Of a stretch of DNA of 64,000 bases, positions 19,232 through 28,451 are shown piece by piece. The position numbers were made by a program, and so were the translations under genes. The first letter of the stretch is position 1, and every line of letters begins with the position of its first letter. The notes under the pieces are model-generated. The model did not search any database, was not told where the DNA came from, and worked only from the letters and a program-made list of their open reading frames with translations. The DNA comes from a bacterium. Lineage in GTDB: Bacteria > SZUA-182 > DTGQ01 > JAFGSM01. The DNA is taken from contig JBLIRP010000007.1 of the NCBI GenBank assembly GCA_049472355.1, positions 1 to 64,000 on the forward strand, read 5' to 3'.

Positions 19232-21403
19232 ATGATTTCATTGAAAGGTGAGCGTATCTTCCAGGAGGTGGTCGGACTCTTCCTGATTGCCCTCACCATA
19301 TTCCTCATCCTCAGCCTGGTCTCCTATTCCAAGACCGATCCCTGCCTGAATGTGGCCTGCGGAGGCGATGCGGCGAAGGTGCACAAGGTTTCCAACTACG
19401 CCGGCCCCCTGGGCGCGATAGTCGCGGATGTGCTGATACGCTTCTGGGGGCTCACCGCCTTTTTCATCCCTCTGATTACCCTTGTGTTCGGTGCGCACAT
19501 CATGGCGATGAAGCCCATCGCCCGTAAATGGACGGTATTCCTGGGGATCGTATTCATCCTCTTTTCCACGCCTCCCCTGATCTCATTGCTTTTTTCCAGG
19601 CAGGAGTTCACGATATTCGGACTCACCCTGGCCTCCTCCGGGTGGGTGGGACGCTCCATTGCCCGGGATCTTTTTGAGTTTTACATGGGGCTCCCCGGCG
19701 CCTATCTGGTCCTCGTTACCCTATGGGTGGCGGGGGCCATGATGTTGACCCGGATTTCCCTGGTCAGCCTGGGCGGGGCCATAGGCTACTGCATGCGCAG
19801 CAGTGCGTACTTTATTCGCTCCCGGTTCAAACGGCAGGATCACCTTGCGGACAAGGTCCCGGTCATGCCGAAGGAGTCCGCCCGGAAGAGAAGGCAAACA
19901 GCGGAACAGCCCGTGACTATCCAGGTTGCGGATGCCGAGGAGAAACCCCCCGAATTCAATCGTCACCACCTCCTTCCCCCCTTCGGCCTCCTGCGCAAGG
20001 CGGAGAAGAATCCTCAGAAAAAGGCGGAGGTGCAGCGGGAAATCACCAACAATTCCCGGCTCCTCGAGACCAAGCTGCTCGATTTCGGCATCGAGGGGAA
20101 GGTGGTGCAGGTGCATCCGGGGCCTGTGGTCACCCGCTATGAATTCGAGCCTGCCCCCGGGATCAAGATCAATCGCATCTCCAATCTCTCCGACGACCTG
20201 GCGCTTGCCATGAAGGCGCTTTCGGTGCGGATCGTGGCTCCGGTGCCGGGAAAATCGGTGGTGGGCCTCGAGATTCCCAACTCGCGGAGGGAGATCGTGG
20301 TGCTGCGCGACATCCTTTCATCAAAGGAGTTCAGAAACGCGGATTCCAAGCTTGCCCTTGCCCTGGGCAAGGACATCGCAGGCAAACCCTATGTCACCGA
20401 CCTTGCCCGGATGCCGCACCTGCTGGTGGCGGGGGCGACCGGATCGGGCAAGAGCGTGTCCGTCAACGCCATCATATGCAGCATCCTGTTCAATGCGACC
20501 TCGGATGAGGTGAAGTTCCTGATGATCGATCCCAAGAGGCTGGAACTTGGCATCTATAACGACATCCCTCACCTCCTGGTGCCGGTGGTGATGGAGCCGC
20601 GACAGGCGGGAAATGCGCTCCGCTGGGCCACCGAGGAGATGGATAACCGATACCGGCTGCTTTCCGACAAGGGGGTCAGGAATATCGATCAATACAATGC
20701 CCTGGTGGAGAGCGGGGTGATGGCAGAGGATGATGATGAACCGCTGGAGAAGCTCCCCTATATCGTCATTGTCATCGATGAGTTCGCGGATCTGATCCTG
20801 ATAGGGGGTAGGGAGGTGGAGTCGCTCCTCACCCGTCTTGCCCAGATGGCGAGGGCGGTGGGCCTGCACCTGGTGATCGCCACCCAGCGTCCCTCGGTGG
20901 ATATCATAACGGGGCTCATCAAGGCCAATTTCCCGTGCCGGATCTCCTTTCGGGTCTCCTCAAAGACCGATTCACGAACCATCCTGGACCAGAACGGAGC
21001 TGAAAAACTCTTGGGCATGGGTGACATGCTCTTTATCCCTCCCGGGTGTTCGGAGCTGGTGAGAATCCACGGCTCCTCGGTCACCGAGGAGGAGATAAAT
21101 TCCCTGGTGGATTTTCTCATACAACAGGGTCCCCCGGAGTACGATACCTCCATCATCAGTGATCGCACCGAGGATGAGAAGGAGGCCGATTCCTCGGAAT
21201 ACGATGAGCTTTACGACCAGGCGCTGGACCTCGTGGTCAAGACGAACAAGGCCTCCATATCGATGGTCCAGAGACGACTTCGGATCGGGTATAACAGGGC
21301 CGCCCGGATGATCGAGTTGATGGAGCGGGACGGCGTGGTGAGCAAGCCCGAGGGGAGCAAACCCAGGCAGGTCCTGGTGAGGAAGGAACATGAGGCCATA
21401 TAG
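19232..21403 (+). CDS. ftsK: DNA translocase FtsK
   Basis: N-terminal TM region, MPHLLVAGATGSGKS Walker A, IDEFAD Walker B, ATQRPSVD, and gamma domain QRRLRIGYNRAAR. Confidence 0.97.
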   Translation: MISLKGERIFQEVVGLFLIALTIFLILSLVSYSKTDPCLNVACGGDAAKVHKVSNYAGPLGAIVADVLIRFWGLTAFFIPLITLVFGAHIMAMKPIARKWTVFLGIVFILFSTPPLISLLFSRQEFTIFGLTLASSGWVGRSIARDLFEFYMGLPGAYLVLVTLWVAGAMMLTRISLVSLGGAIGYCMRSSAYFIRSRFKRQDHLADKVPVMPKESARKRRQTAEQPVTIQVADAEEKPPEFNRHHLLPPFGLLRKAEKNPQKKAEVQREITNNSRLLETKLLDFGIEGKVVQVHPGPVVTRYEFEPAPGIKINRISNLSDDLALAMKALSVRIVAPVPGKSVVGLEIPNSRREIVVLRDILSSKEFRNADSKLALALGKDIAGKPYVTDLARMPHLLVAGATGSGKSVSVNAIICSILFNATSDEVKFLMIDPKRLELGIYNDIPHLLVPVVMEPRQAGNALRWATEEMDNRYRLLSDKGVRNIDQYNALVESGVMAEDDDEPLEKLPYIVIVIDEFADLILIGGREVESLLTRLAQMARAVGLHLVIATQRPSVDIITGLIKANFPCRISFRVSSKTDSRTILDQNGAEKLLGMGDMLFIPPGCSELVRIHGSSVTEEEINSLVDFLIQQGPPEYDTSIISDRTEDEKEADSSEYDELYDQALDLVVKTNKASISMVQRRLRIGYNRAARMIELMERDGVVSKPEGSKPRQVLVRKEHEAI

Positions 21404-22127
21404 GGTATCCGCAGGTCGGGTGGTACAGGTGTATGCGGCGATCATTCTCATGGGGGCGTTCCTTGCGGGGTTTCACCCTGTGGGAATCGCCGCGGAAATC
21501 ATCCCCGGCGTGCTGGAGGGGTTCACGGGGTGGTATGCGACGGTGCGCTCACTCCGGGCGGATTTTCGCCAGACCACCTTTAATCCCCTCTGGGGGGAGA
21601 AGCAGGAGGCGCAGGGGGAGTTCTGGTTCAAGAAGCCGGGGTTGATGCGCTGGCAGTACACGATGCCGCAGAAGGATGTCATCACCATCAGCGAGGAGGG
21701 TCTGTGCTGGTACATCCCCGAGGATGAACAGGTGATCAGGAAGAGCAAGGAGGATGCCTTCACCACGGTGAGCCCCATGTCGCTTCTCGGCGAGAATATG
21801 GAATTGGAAAAGGATTTCGAGATAACCGGCATGGAGGAGATACGGGAAGAAGGGGAGGATGAGAAGGGGAAGGCACGCCGGGTCGTCGGGTATGTCATCC
21901 ATATGAAGCCGCGCAACGAGCAGATGCCGGTCACACGAGTCGATATCGAGGTGCGGGCGGAAAAATTTTCCCTGGCCGCCATATCGGTTGAAGAGCCATC
22001 AGGGAACACCAACCGGATCGCCTTCGAGGCCCTTGCGAAAAACCCCGAGGTGCCCGCCGACCTCTTCCGCTTTGTGCCCCCGCCGGGCACGAAGGTCATA
22101 ACCCCCAAGGATTTCCCTGCCCTGTAA
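21390..22127 (+). CDS. lolA: Outer-membrane lipoprotein carrier protein
   Basis: Signal peptide, ADF.Q, KKPGLMRWQY, F.F.PP.G; follows ftsK. Confidence 0.9.
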   Translation: MRPYRVSAGRVVQVYAAIILMGAFLAGFHPVGIAAEIIPGVLEGFTGWYATVRSLRADFRQTTFNPLWGEKQEAQGEFWFKKPGLMRWQYTMPQKDVITISEEGLCWYIPEDEQVIRKSKEDAFTTVSPMSLLGENMELEKDFEITGMEEIREEGEDEKGKARRVVGYVIHMKPRNEQMPVTRVDIEVRAEKFSLAAISVEEPSGNTNRIAFEALAKNPEVPADLFRFVPPPGTKVITPKDFPAL

Positions 22128-22129
22128 GA

Positions 22130-22912
22130 CTATCGCTGTTCCGCCTCTCCGGTCATGGGCACGAACCGGACCGGGGCGATCTTTTCCTCGCGGAGCCCCT
22201 CCGGGGTCTTCCTGATCCGGTAGAGGTCCTGGCTTTGCGATCCCACGGGTACAACGAGCACCCCGTCCACGGCGAGCTGATCGATCAGGGGGGCAGGGAC
22301 GTGGTCCGGGGCCGCGGTAATGATGACGGCGTCAAACGGGGCCTCCTCGGGCCATCCCTGGTATCCGTCTCCCGCCCTCACATGGACGTTTGTGTATCCC
22401 ATGCCCTCCAGTCGTTCAGCGGCAGTTCGCGCCAGATCATCAACGATCTCGATGGAAAAGACCTCATTGGCGATCTCCGCGAGGACGGCGGCCTGGTATC
22501 CGGACCCCGTACCGATCTCCAGCACCTTTTCACCTCCGGATAGTCCGAGCAATTCCGTCATCAACGCCACGATATATGGCTGGGATATGGTCTGACCATG
22601 GCCGATGGGCAGGGGGTAGTCGTTATAGGCCATATACCGGAGGTGCGGCGGAATGAACAGATGACGTTTCACCGTGCTCATTGCATCGAGCACGAGGGGA
22701 TCTCCAATGCCCCGGGCCTTTATCTGGGTTTCCACCATACTGTTACGAGACATCGCACATGAATCGATTTCCTGTGTGGTGTTCCTTTCGTGAAAAACGC
22801 CTTTCGGGGATGAGTTACACCCTGAAATGAGTGAAAGGACGGGCAGGACCACCATCGGCAGAACGAAAAAAGGATCTGACCCATGCTGAAACAGCCTGAA
22901 GAAAAAGGACAT
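22130..22912 (-). CDS. pcm: Protein-L-isoaspartate O-methyltransferase
   Basis: GQTISQPYIVA, VLEIGTGSGYQAA, GDGY.GW.E.APFD, VRFVPM. Start at 22912 fits AAGGAG spacing; 22921 is an alternative. Confidence 0.95.
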   Translation of the reverse strand: MSFFFRLFQHGSDPFFVLPMVVLPVLSLISGCNSSPKGVFHERNTTQEIDSCAMSRNSMVETQIKARGIGDPLVLDAMSTVKRHLFIPPHLRYMAYNDYPLPIGHGQTISQPYIVALMTELLGLSGGEKVLEIGTGSGYQAAVLAEIANEVFSIEIVDDLARTAAERLEGMGYTNVHVRAGDGYQGWPEEAPFDAVIITAAPDHVPAPLIDQLAVDGVLVVPVGSQSQDLYRIRKTPEGLREEKIAPVRFVPMTGEAEQR

Positions 22913-23439
22913 CAGCACCATCTCCTTACATTGTTATTGTAGCCCATATCCTGGTTGAAGGTCAATACAACGGCGGCTATGGCATCAATGTGAACCCGAA
23001 CACTCCATTCACCGATGAGGATACACGGATCACTGAGCGATCTGTGCGGTGCAGGTGGCCTTTCAATGCGATTGTCGATTTTATGCGATAATTCCCAGCA
23101 TCGTGCTGCGAGGAGAAGTTATTGCCTGAGCGTCTACAGACATATCCCCTCATGACGATGCAATTTCGAAGTTGGGATCACCGGGGAAACACGCCGTGGG
23201 TGGACAAACGGGGTATGAGGGATTATAGTAGATATATGCCGATCACGGGGTCATACAGCCCTTCGGGCGAAGCTGCTCAACCCATTGCGGCAGAAAGGCA
23301 TTGGAGGGACCCTCCCCCTTCCCGCACGGCATTGATTAATCGTCTCAAGGGGCATCATGCCACGTTTTGCAGGCAGTGACCGCATACGTGTATTCATGAT
23401 TTACGCAGGTGTTTCTACAACGTTTGGGAGAGGATTTCC

Positions 23440-23952
23440 ATGGGCTGGTTGACGATTTATACATTCCCTGATTCTGTTTTGAAGAAGAAGGCGCAGGACG
23501 TTGAAAATATAGACCAGCGGATGCAGCGGTTGATCAAGGATATGACCGATACGATGTATTCGGCACCGGGTGTCGGGCTTGCCGCTCCTCAGGTGGGTGT
23601 CAGCTCACGTCTGGTGATTGTGGACCAATCGTTGGGAAAGGGACGTGCGCCACTTGTCATGATCAATCCGAGGATCATATCCTCGGAGGGCTCCACCTTC
23701 GAGGAGGAGGGATGTCTCAGCCTGCCGGAGACCTATGGACAGGTAAAACGGTCAAAGGTGATCGAGGTGGAATTCACCGACCCGACCGGAAAAGAGGTCC
23801 GTATGGTGGCGGAGGACTTTCTGGCCAGGGTGTTTCAGCACGAAATCGATCACCTCAACGGCATGCTTTTTATCGACCGCATGGGGCGTTTGCGGCGTGA
23901 TTTTTTACGGATGCGGTACCTAAAAAGGATGAAAAAGAAGAGCGATCTGTGA
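23440..23952 (+). CDS. def: Peptide deformylase
   Basis: GVGLAAPQVG, EGCLS, QHEIDHLNG. Confidence 0.97.
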   Translation: MGWLTIYTFPDSVLKKKAQDVENIDQRMQRLIKDMTDTMYSAPGVGLAAPQVGVSSRLVIVDQSLGKGRAPLVMINPRIISSEGSTFEEEGCLSLPETYGQVKRSKVIEVEFTDPTGKEVRMVAEDFLARVFQHEIDHLNGMLFIDRMGRLRRDFLRMRYLKRMKKKSDL

Positions 23953-24920
23953 CAATGCGGGTCCTTTTCATGGGAACCCCGGATTTTGCCTGTCCTGCAC
24001 TGGATGGGCTGGTAAAGGCGGGGGTGACAGTGATCGGGGTATTCACCCAGGCGGACCGACCGAAGGGGAGGGGCCAGGCGTTGACATCCCCGCCGGTCAA
24101 GCAGGCGGCGCTTGCCCATCACCTCCCTGTATTTCAGCCAACCGGACTCTCGCACGAGGCCGTCGGCGCCACCTGGGCCGATCTCAATCCCGACGCGGTG
24201 GTCGTTGTCGCCTATGGATTCATCCTTCCCCCCTGGATCCTCCACGGACCCCCCATGGGGTGCATCAATCTGCATGCATCGCTGCTGCCCCGCCATCGAG
24301 GCGCCGCCCCCATCAATTGGGCCGTTATACGGGGGGATGAGGAAACCGGGGTGACCACCATGCTCATGGACGAGGGTATGGACACCGGTCCCATCCTCAT
24401 GCAGGAAAGTATCCCCATAACACCGGAGGATACCGCCGGAACGATTCACGACAGGCTTTCCCTGGTCGGCGCCGACCTGGTTGTCAAAACCCTCGATGGA
24501 TATCGGCAGGGGATCGTCATCCCGAGGAAACAACCGGATGAGGGGGCCACCATGGCGCCGAAGCTCGACAGGGAAATCGGAAGGCTGGATTGGACCAGGG
24601 ATGCTGTCTCCCTGTGGAACCTCATACGGGGAATCAATCCCCATCCGGGTGCATTCACCTTTCTGCACGGCCGGATGATCAAGATCTGGTATTCCCGGCC
24701 CGTGGAAGGGGACGCCGGCAATGCCGAGCCGGGCATGATCACCGATGTCGATCCCCGGCAGGGGGTGATCGTCCAGGCGGGAAAGGGACGGATTGCCTTA
24801 TTGGAGGTACAGCCTGAGAATAAGAAGAAGATGAGCGCCCAATCCTTTCTCAGCGGTTATCGGGAGCAATTGATCGGCGAGGTTTTCACACGGTTCGGTG
24901 GCACAGGAGATGCACGCTGA
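23949..24920 (+). CDS. fmt: Methionyl-tRNA formyltransferase
   Basis: FMGTPDFA, NLHASLLPR.RGAAPI; overlaps def. Confidence 0.97.
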   Translation: MTMRVLFMGTPDFACPALDGLVKAGVTVIGVFTQADRPKGRGQALTSPPVKQAALAHHLPVFQPTGLSHEAVGATWADLNPDAVVVVAYGFILPPWILHGPPMGCINLHASLLPRHRGAAPINWAVIRGDEETGVTTMLMDEGMDTGPILMQESIPITPEDTAGTIHDRLSLVGADLVVKTLDGYRQGIVIPRKQPDEGATMAPKLDREIGRLDWTRDAVSLWNLIRGINPHPGAFTFLHGRMIKIWYSRPVEGDAGNAEPGMITDVDPRQGVIVQAGKGRIALLEVQPENKKKMSAQSFLSGYREQLIGEVFTRFGGTGDAR

Positions 24921-24968
24921 CCCTTTTCACCGCCGTTACCCGAGCATGGATGCATACAACTGCAGGGC

Positions 24969-25790
24969 ATGAATGTGCAACGAACAGACAAGAGATATGC
25001 AAATACACGGGAGATGGTCTTCATCCTTCTCCTGGTGGGTTTTTTGGGGTGCATAGGAGCGGGTGCCTATGGATTCTGGAAGCTCACCGGTCCCGGCCTT
25101 TCCCAGATCCATCCCGTGCTTCCCCGGGTCATAGGATTCCTTCTGACCGCGGCCTTTTTCGTCATTACACTGGGGATTATGTTATTTCTCAACATCATCC
25201 TCTTTGGACGCAACACCCTGTTTTTTAATCCCATTCGCATGCTCCTCTCGCGATACCTTTTCCCGGTTATCGTGGTGCTGGGACGGGTATTCCGGATTCC
25301 TGAGGATATGATGCAATGCTCCTTCATTGATATCAATAACCGTCTGGTCCGGATCAAGGGGGTGTCGGTGCGGCCTGAAAAGCTCATGATCCTGCTGCCG
25401 CAGTGTCTTCAAAACGACGATTGTGACTTTCGGATTACCAAGGACATGCGAAGTTGCCGAAGGTGCGGCCGCTGCCAGATCGCCGAGATCGTCCCCCTGC
25501 TTGAACAGAACGGCATTGCAGGCTGGGTGGCGACCGGGGGGACCCTGGCGAGAAAGCACGTGACGGACTTTCGGCCTGATGCCATCATCGCGGTGGCCTG
25601 TCCCAGGGACCTTTCGAGCGGCATCATCGATTGCCTTCCCATTCCGGTCTACGGCATTCTCAATCAGAGGCCCGAAGGCCCCTGTGTGAACACGCTGGTG
25701 GATATGGATGAGGTCCGGTGGGCGATCCGGCACCTTGTCCTGCCCGGAAGCCTTGATGGAAAAAAGGGGGTTGCATCGCAGCCCGAGTGA
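24969..25790 (+). CDS. DUF116-like membrane protein
   Basis: Two TM helices, LLPQCLQ...C, C..CG.C, ATGGTLAR, AVAC.RDL, GPC.NT; follows fmt. Confidence 0.85.
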   Translation: MNVQRTDKRYANTREMVFILLLVGFLGCIGAGAYGFWKLTGPGLSQIHPVLPRVIGFLLTAAFFVITLGIMLFLNIILFGRNTLFFNPIRMLLSRYLFPVIVVLGRVFRIPEDMMQCSFIDINNRLVRIKGVSVRPEKLMILLPQCLQNDDCDFRITKDMRSCRRCGRCQIAEIVPLLEQNGIAGWVATGGTLARKHVTDFRPDAIIAVACPRDLSSGIIDCLPIPVYGILNQRPEGPCVNTLVDMDEVRWAIRHLVLPGSLDGKKGVASQPE

Positions 25791-25817
25791 TCCCTTCGGT
25801 GATGTCGAGAATACGAT

Positions 25818-26045
25818 ATGAATGATTTATCCGCTATCGGGAGATTCATCGTCATAACCGGTTTTATCCTTATCGCGTTGGGGGGCATACTCATCCTGGC
25901 GGGCAAGGTCCCCTTCGTCGGCAGGCTTCCCGGCGATATTCACATCAAACGGGACAACCTCGACGTGTACCTCCCCCTGGGAACGTCCATTCTCATAAGC
26001 ATCATCCTGTCCCTTCTTCTCTATATCATCAGCAAGATCCGGTAA
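25818..26045 (+). CDS. DUF2905-like small membrane protein
   Basis: GRLPGDI and Y.PLGTSILIS motifs. Confidence 0.88.
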   Translation: MNDLSAIGRFIVITGFILIALGGILILAGKVPFVGRLPGDIHIKRDNLDVYLPLGTSILISIILSLLLYIISKIR

Positions 26046-26192
26046 GACCGGGTAGCCGGGGTCAGCAATGCCGATTTTGACAGCTTCATTATCGTGAGCG
26101 TACATGTCTGCCTGCACTCCCTGCCCAAGGATTCAAAATCAGAATTCCTGATCGGGAATGAGGTTTGTACACGACCTTCACCCTATGACTCG

Positions 26193-26228
26193 AAAAAAAA
26201 AGGGCTGCGTCCGAAAGGACGCAGCCCT
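26193..26228 (-). terminator. Rho-independent terminator downstream of the Gly/Tyr-rich gene
   Basis: 12-bp stem agggctgcgtcc-gaaa-ggacgcagccct, followed by a long T run on the minus strand. A second hairpin (aatcaggac...gtcctgatt, 26232-26275) is adjacent. Confidence 0.85.
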
Positions 26229-26301
26229 ACAAATCAGGACCTCATCTGGGGGGGAATAGATGGGTAGTCCTGATTGTGATGTTGTTCAGTGTGTTAACCT
26301 C

Positions 26302-27153
26302 CTAAAAAAGCAGCCCGCCTCCGAGCCCTAATCCGAGCCCTCCGAGTCCCAGGCCAAGGCCTCCCATCCCTAGACCAAGCCCTCCGAGCCCCATACCAAA
26401 GGGGTCGATCATGCTTAAACCTAAACCCAGACCATAGCCGCCCATTAAACCGAGGCCGCCGTACATGCCAAGGCCGCCATAGAGACCGAGGCCGCCGTAG
26501 AGTCCACCCATTAAACCAAGGCCGCCGTACAGTCCGCCGTACATGCCGAGGCCGCCGTACAGTCCGCCGTACATGCCAAGGCCGCCGTACAGTCCGCCGT
26601 ACATACCGTACCCGGTTCCGTACATACCGTACCCGGTTCCGTACATACCGTAGCCGCCATAGCCGCCGTAACCACCATATCCACCGTAACCACCATATCC
26701 ACCGTAACCGCCGTACTGGGGATATCCGTAGCCGCCGCCGTAGCCGCCATAGCCACCGTAGCCGCCGTAGCCACCATATCCACCGTAACCGCCATAGCCA
26801 CTATACCCATAGCCGCCGTACTGGGGATATCCGTAGCCGCCGCCGTAGCCGCCATAGCCGCCGTAGCCGCTATAACCACCATATCCACCGTAACCGCCAT
26901 AGCCACTATACCCATAGCCGCCGTACTGGGGATATCCGTAGCCGCCGTAGCCACTATAGCCATAACTGCTGGGGTAGTAACCGGAGGAGCCGTAATAGCT
27001 GCTTGAAGGGTAGTATCCGGAGTAGCCGTAGCTTGATGAGGGGTAATATGAGGAAGAAGAATAATAGGCGAAGCCGGGCGAGGCCAGGAACGCTACTATG
27101 ATTATTATGATCAAAGAGAAGAAAATTTTTTCACATCTATATGATAACTTCAT
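26302..27153 (-). CDS. Secreted Gly/Tyr-rich low-complexity repeat protein
   Basis: AAGGAG SD, 29-aa signal peptide (PGFA|YY), blocks of SSY, GGY, GMYGTG, GGLY and GLG; has its own promoter and terminator. Confidence 0.85.
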   Translation of the reverse strand: MKLSYRCEKIFFSLIIIIIVAFLASPGFAYYSSSSYYPSSSYGYSGYYPSSSYYGSSGYYPSSYGYSGYGGYGYPQYGGYGYSGYGGYGGYGGYSGYGGYGGYGGGYGYPQYGGYGYSGYGGYGGYGGYGGYGGYGGYGGGYGYPQYGGYGGYGGYGGYGGYGGYGGYGMYGTGYGMYGTGYGMYGGLYGGLGMYGGLYGGLGMYGGLYGGLGLMGGLYGGLGLYGGLGMYGGLGLMGGYGLGLGLSMIDPFGMGLGGLGLGMGGLGLGLGGLGLGLGGGLLF

Positions 27154-27316
27154 AGATCCAACTCCTTTAACCGAATCTTACCATTCTTTTGCGAACATCC
27201 ACAAAAAACGCTATCTCTTATGAATCAGTTACAAGCCACCCCCTTTTCACTACATTTTGTTAAGACATCGAATATACTAAAACGTTCCCAAACACACTGT
27301 GTTCTTCCACATATAA

Positions 27317-27332
27317 TGCAAAAAAAATGCCA
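27317..27332 (-). promoter_or_regulatory. Putative sigma54 (-24/-12) promoter for the Gly/Tyr-rich gene
   Basis: Minus strand reads TGGCATTTTTTTTGCA, an exact GG-N10-GC with TGGCA and TTGCA flanks, about 165 bp upstream of the ATG. Confidence 0.65.
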
Positions 27333-27430
27333 TACGCGTGCATGCAGAAGGGAATACACTACGCCTGTTAAAAGGCGAATGGAGAGGAATGAATCCGGTG
27401 CGAGCGCAGCAGGGTAATGAACAGGCGAAA

Positions 27431-28279
27431 TCAGGCCCCAGCCATGTTTCTGAGCCGGGCGATCCGCTCCTCGGTGGAGGGATGGGTGCTGAAGAGATTC
27501 TGTATCCCGCGTGCGCTGAGGGGATTCATGATGAACATATGGGCGGTTGATGGATTCGCGCGCATCGGGATCTGCCTGTTCGCCATCTGGAGCTTCCCTA
27601 ATGCACTTGCCAGGCCGAGTGGTGTGCCGCTTATCCTCGCCCCCTCTGCATCCGCCGCAAACTCCCTGGATCGCGAAATCGCCATCTGTATGAGCATTGC
27701 AGCAATAGGAGCCAGGATCATCATGATCAGAGAAGCGATCACATTCCCCTCGCCCCGGTTGTCCCGGCCGCCAATGCCGCCGAATATGAGCGCCCATCGA
27801 GCCATCGATGCAAGAAAGGTGATTGCCCCGGCAATCACGGCGGCGATGGTCCCGATGAGGATATCGCGGTGCTGGACATGGGCCAGTTCATGTGCCAGCA
27901 CCCCTGCGAGCTCTTCCCTGGTGAGCATTTCACGAATACCTCGGGTCACGGCGACTGCGGCATGTTTTGGATTCCTGCCGGTGGCGAAGGCATTCGGTGT
28001 CGTCTGCGGGCATATATAGATTCTGGGCATGGGAAGACCCGCGCGTTGCGCCAAACCTGAAACGATATCGTACAGCTCGGGGTCCTCGCCCCTGCCTATC
28101 TCCCGGGCCCGATACATCTTAAGTACGATCGTGTCGCTGAACCAATATGAAAAAAAATTCATAACGACTGCAAGGACCAGGGCGACGACCAGGCCCTGCC
28201 GACCACCCAGGGCGCCTCCGGCCAGCACCAGAAGCACCGTGAGTGCAACCATGAGTAGTGTGGTTTTAACCGCATTCAT
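27431..28279 (-). CDS. htpX: Zinc metalloprotease HtpX
   Basis: [14 protein letters not shown] (HExxH), SRSREF.AD, FSTHP..EERI. Start MNAVK after AAGGAG. Confidence 0.96.
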   Translation of the reverse strand: MNAVKTTLLMVALTVLLVLAGGALGGRQGLVVALVLAVVMNFFSYWFSDTIVLKMYRAREIGRGEDPELYDIVSGLAQRAGLPMPRIYICPQTTPNAFATGRNPKHAAVAVTRGIREMLTREELAGVLAHELAHVQHRDILIGTIAAVIAGAITFLASMARWALIFGGIGGRDNRGEGNVIASLIMMILAPIAAMLIQMAISRSREFAADAEGARISGTPLGLASALGKLQMANRQIPMRANPSTAHMFIMNPLSARGIQNLFSTHPSTEERIARLRNMAGA

Positions 28280-28311
28280 TGCTGTTTCTCCTTTCATTCC
28301 GTGGTATAGGT

Positions 28312-28416
28312 ATGCATTGTCTTATGTTGTATGCATTGCCTTATGTGAATGCATTGCCTTATGTGAATGCATTGACTTTATGCGTATGCATTGACTTTAT
28401 GTGAATGCATTGCCTT
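28312..28416. repeat. Six tandem 18-19-bp repeats (ATGCATTG.CTT...) between rsmE and htpX
   Basis: ATGCATTG begins at 28312, 28331, 28349, 28367, 28386 and 28405. Confidence 0.9.
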
Positions 28417-28451
28417 TTGGCATCCTTTTGCCTTTTTATATTTGTTAGAGG

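Noticed and set aside
22930..23430. Possible riboswitch or ncRNA in the ~500-bp pcm-def intergenic region
   Set aside because: No recognisable consensus (6S, SRP, c-di-GMP, SAM, cobalamin) or convincing long stem by eye; a cmscan would settle it.
26511..26963. Ala/Thr/Val/Cys-rich alternative-frame ORF
   Set aside because: Frame-shifted reading of the GGY repeats, with no independent start signals.
28312..28416. Possible CRISPR array
   Set aside because: The repeats are directly adjacent with no unique spacers, and no cas genes are present.
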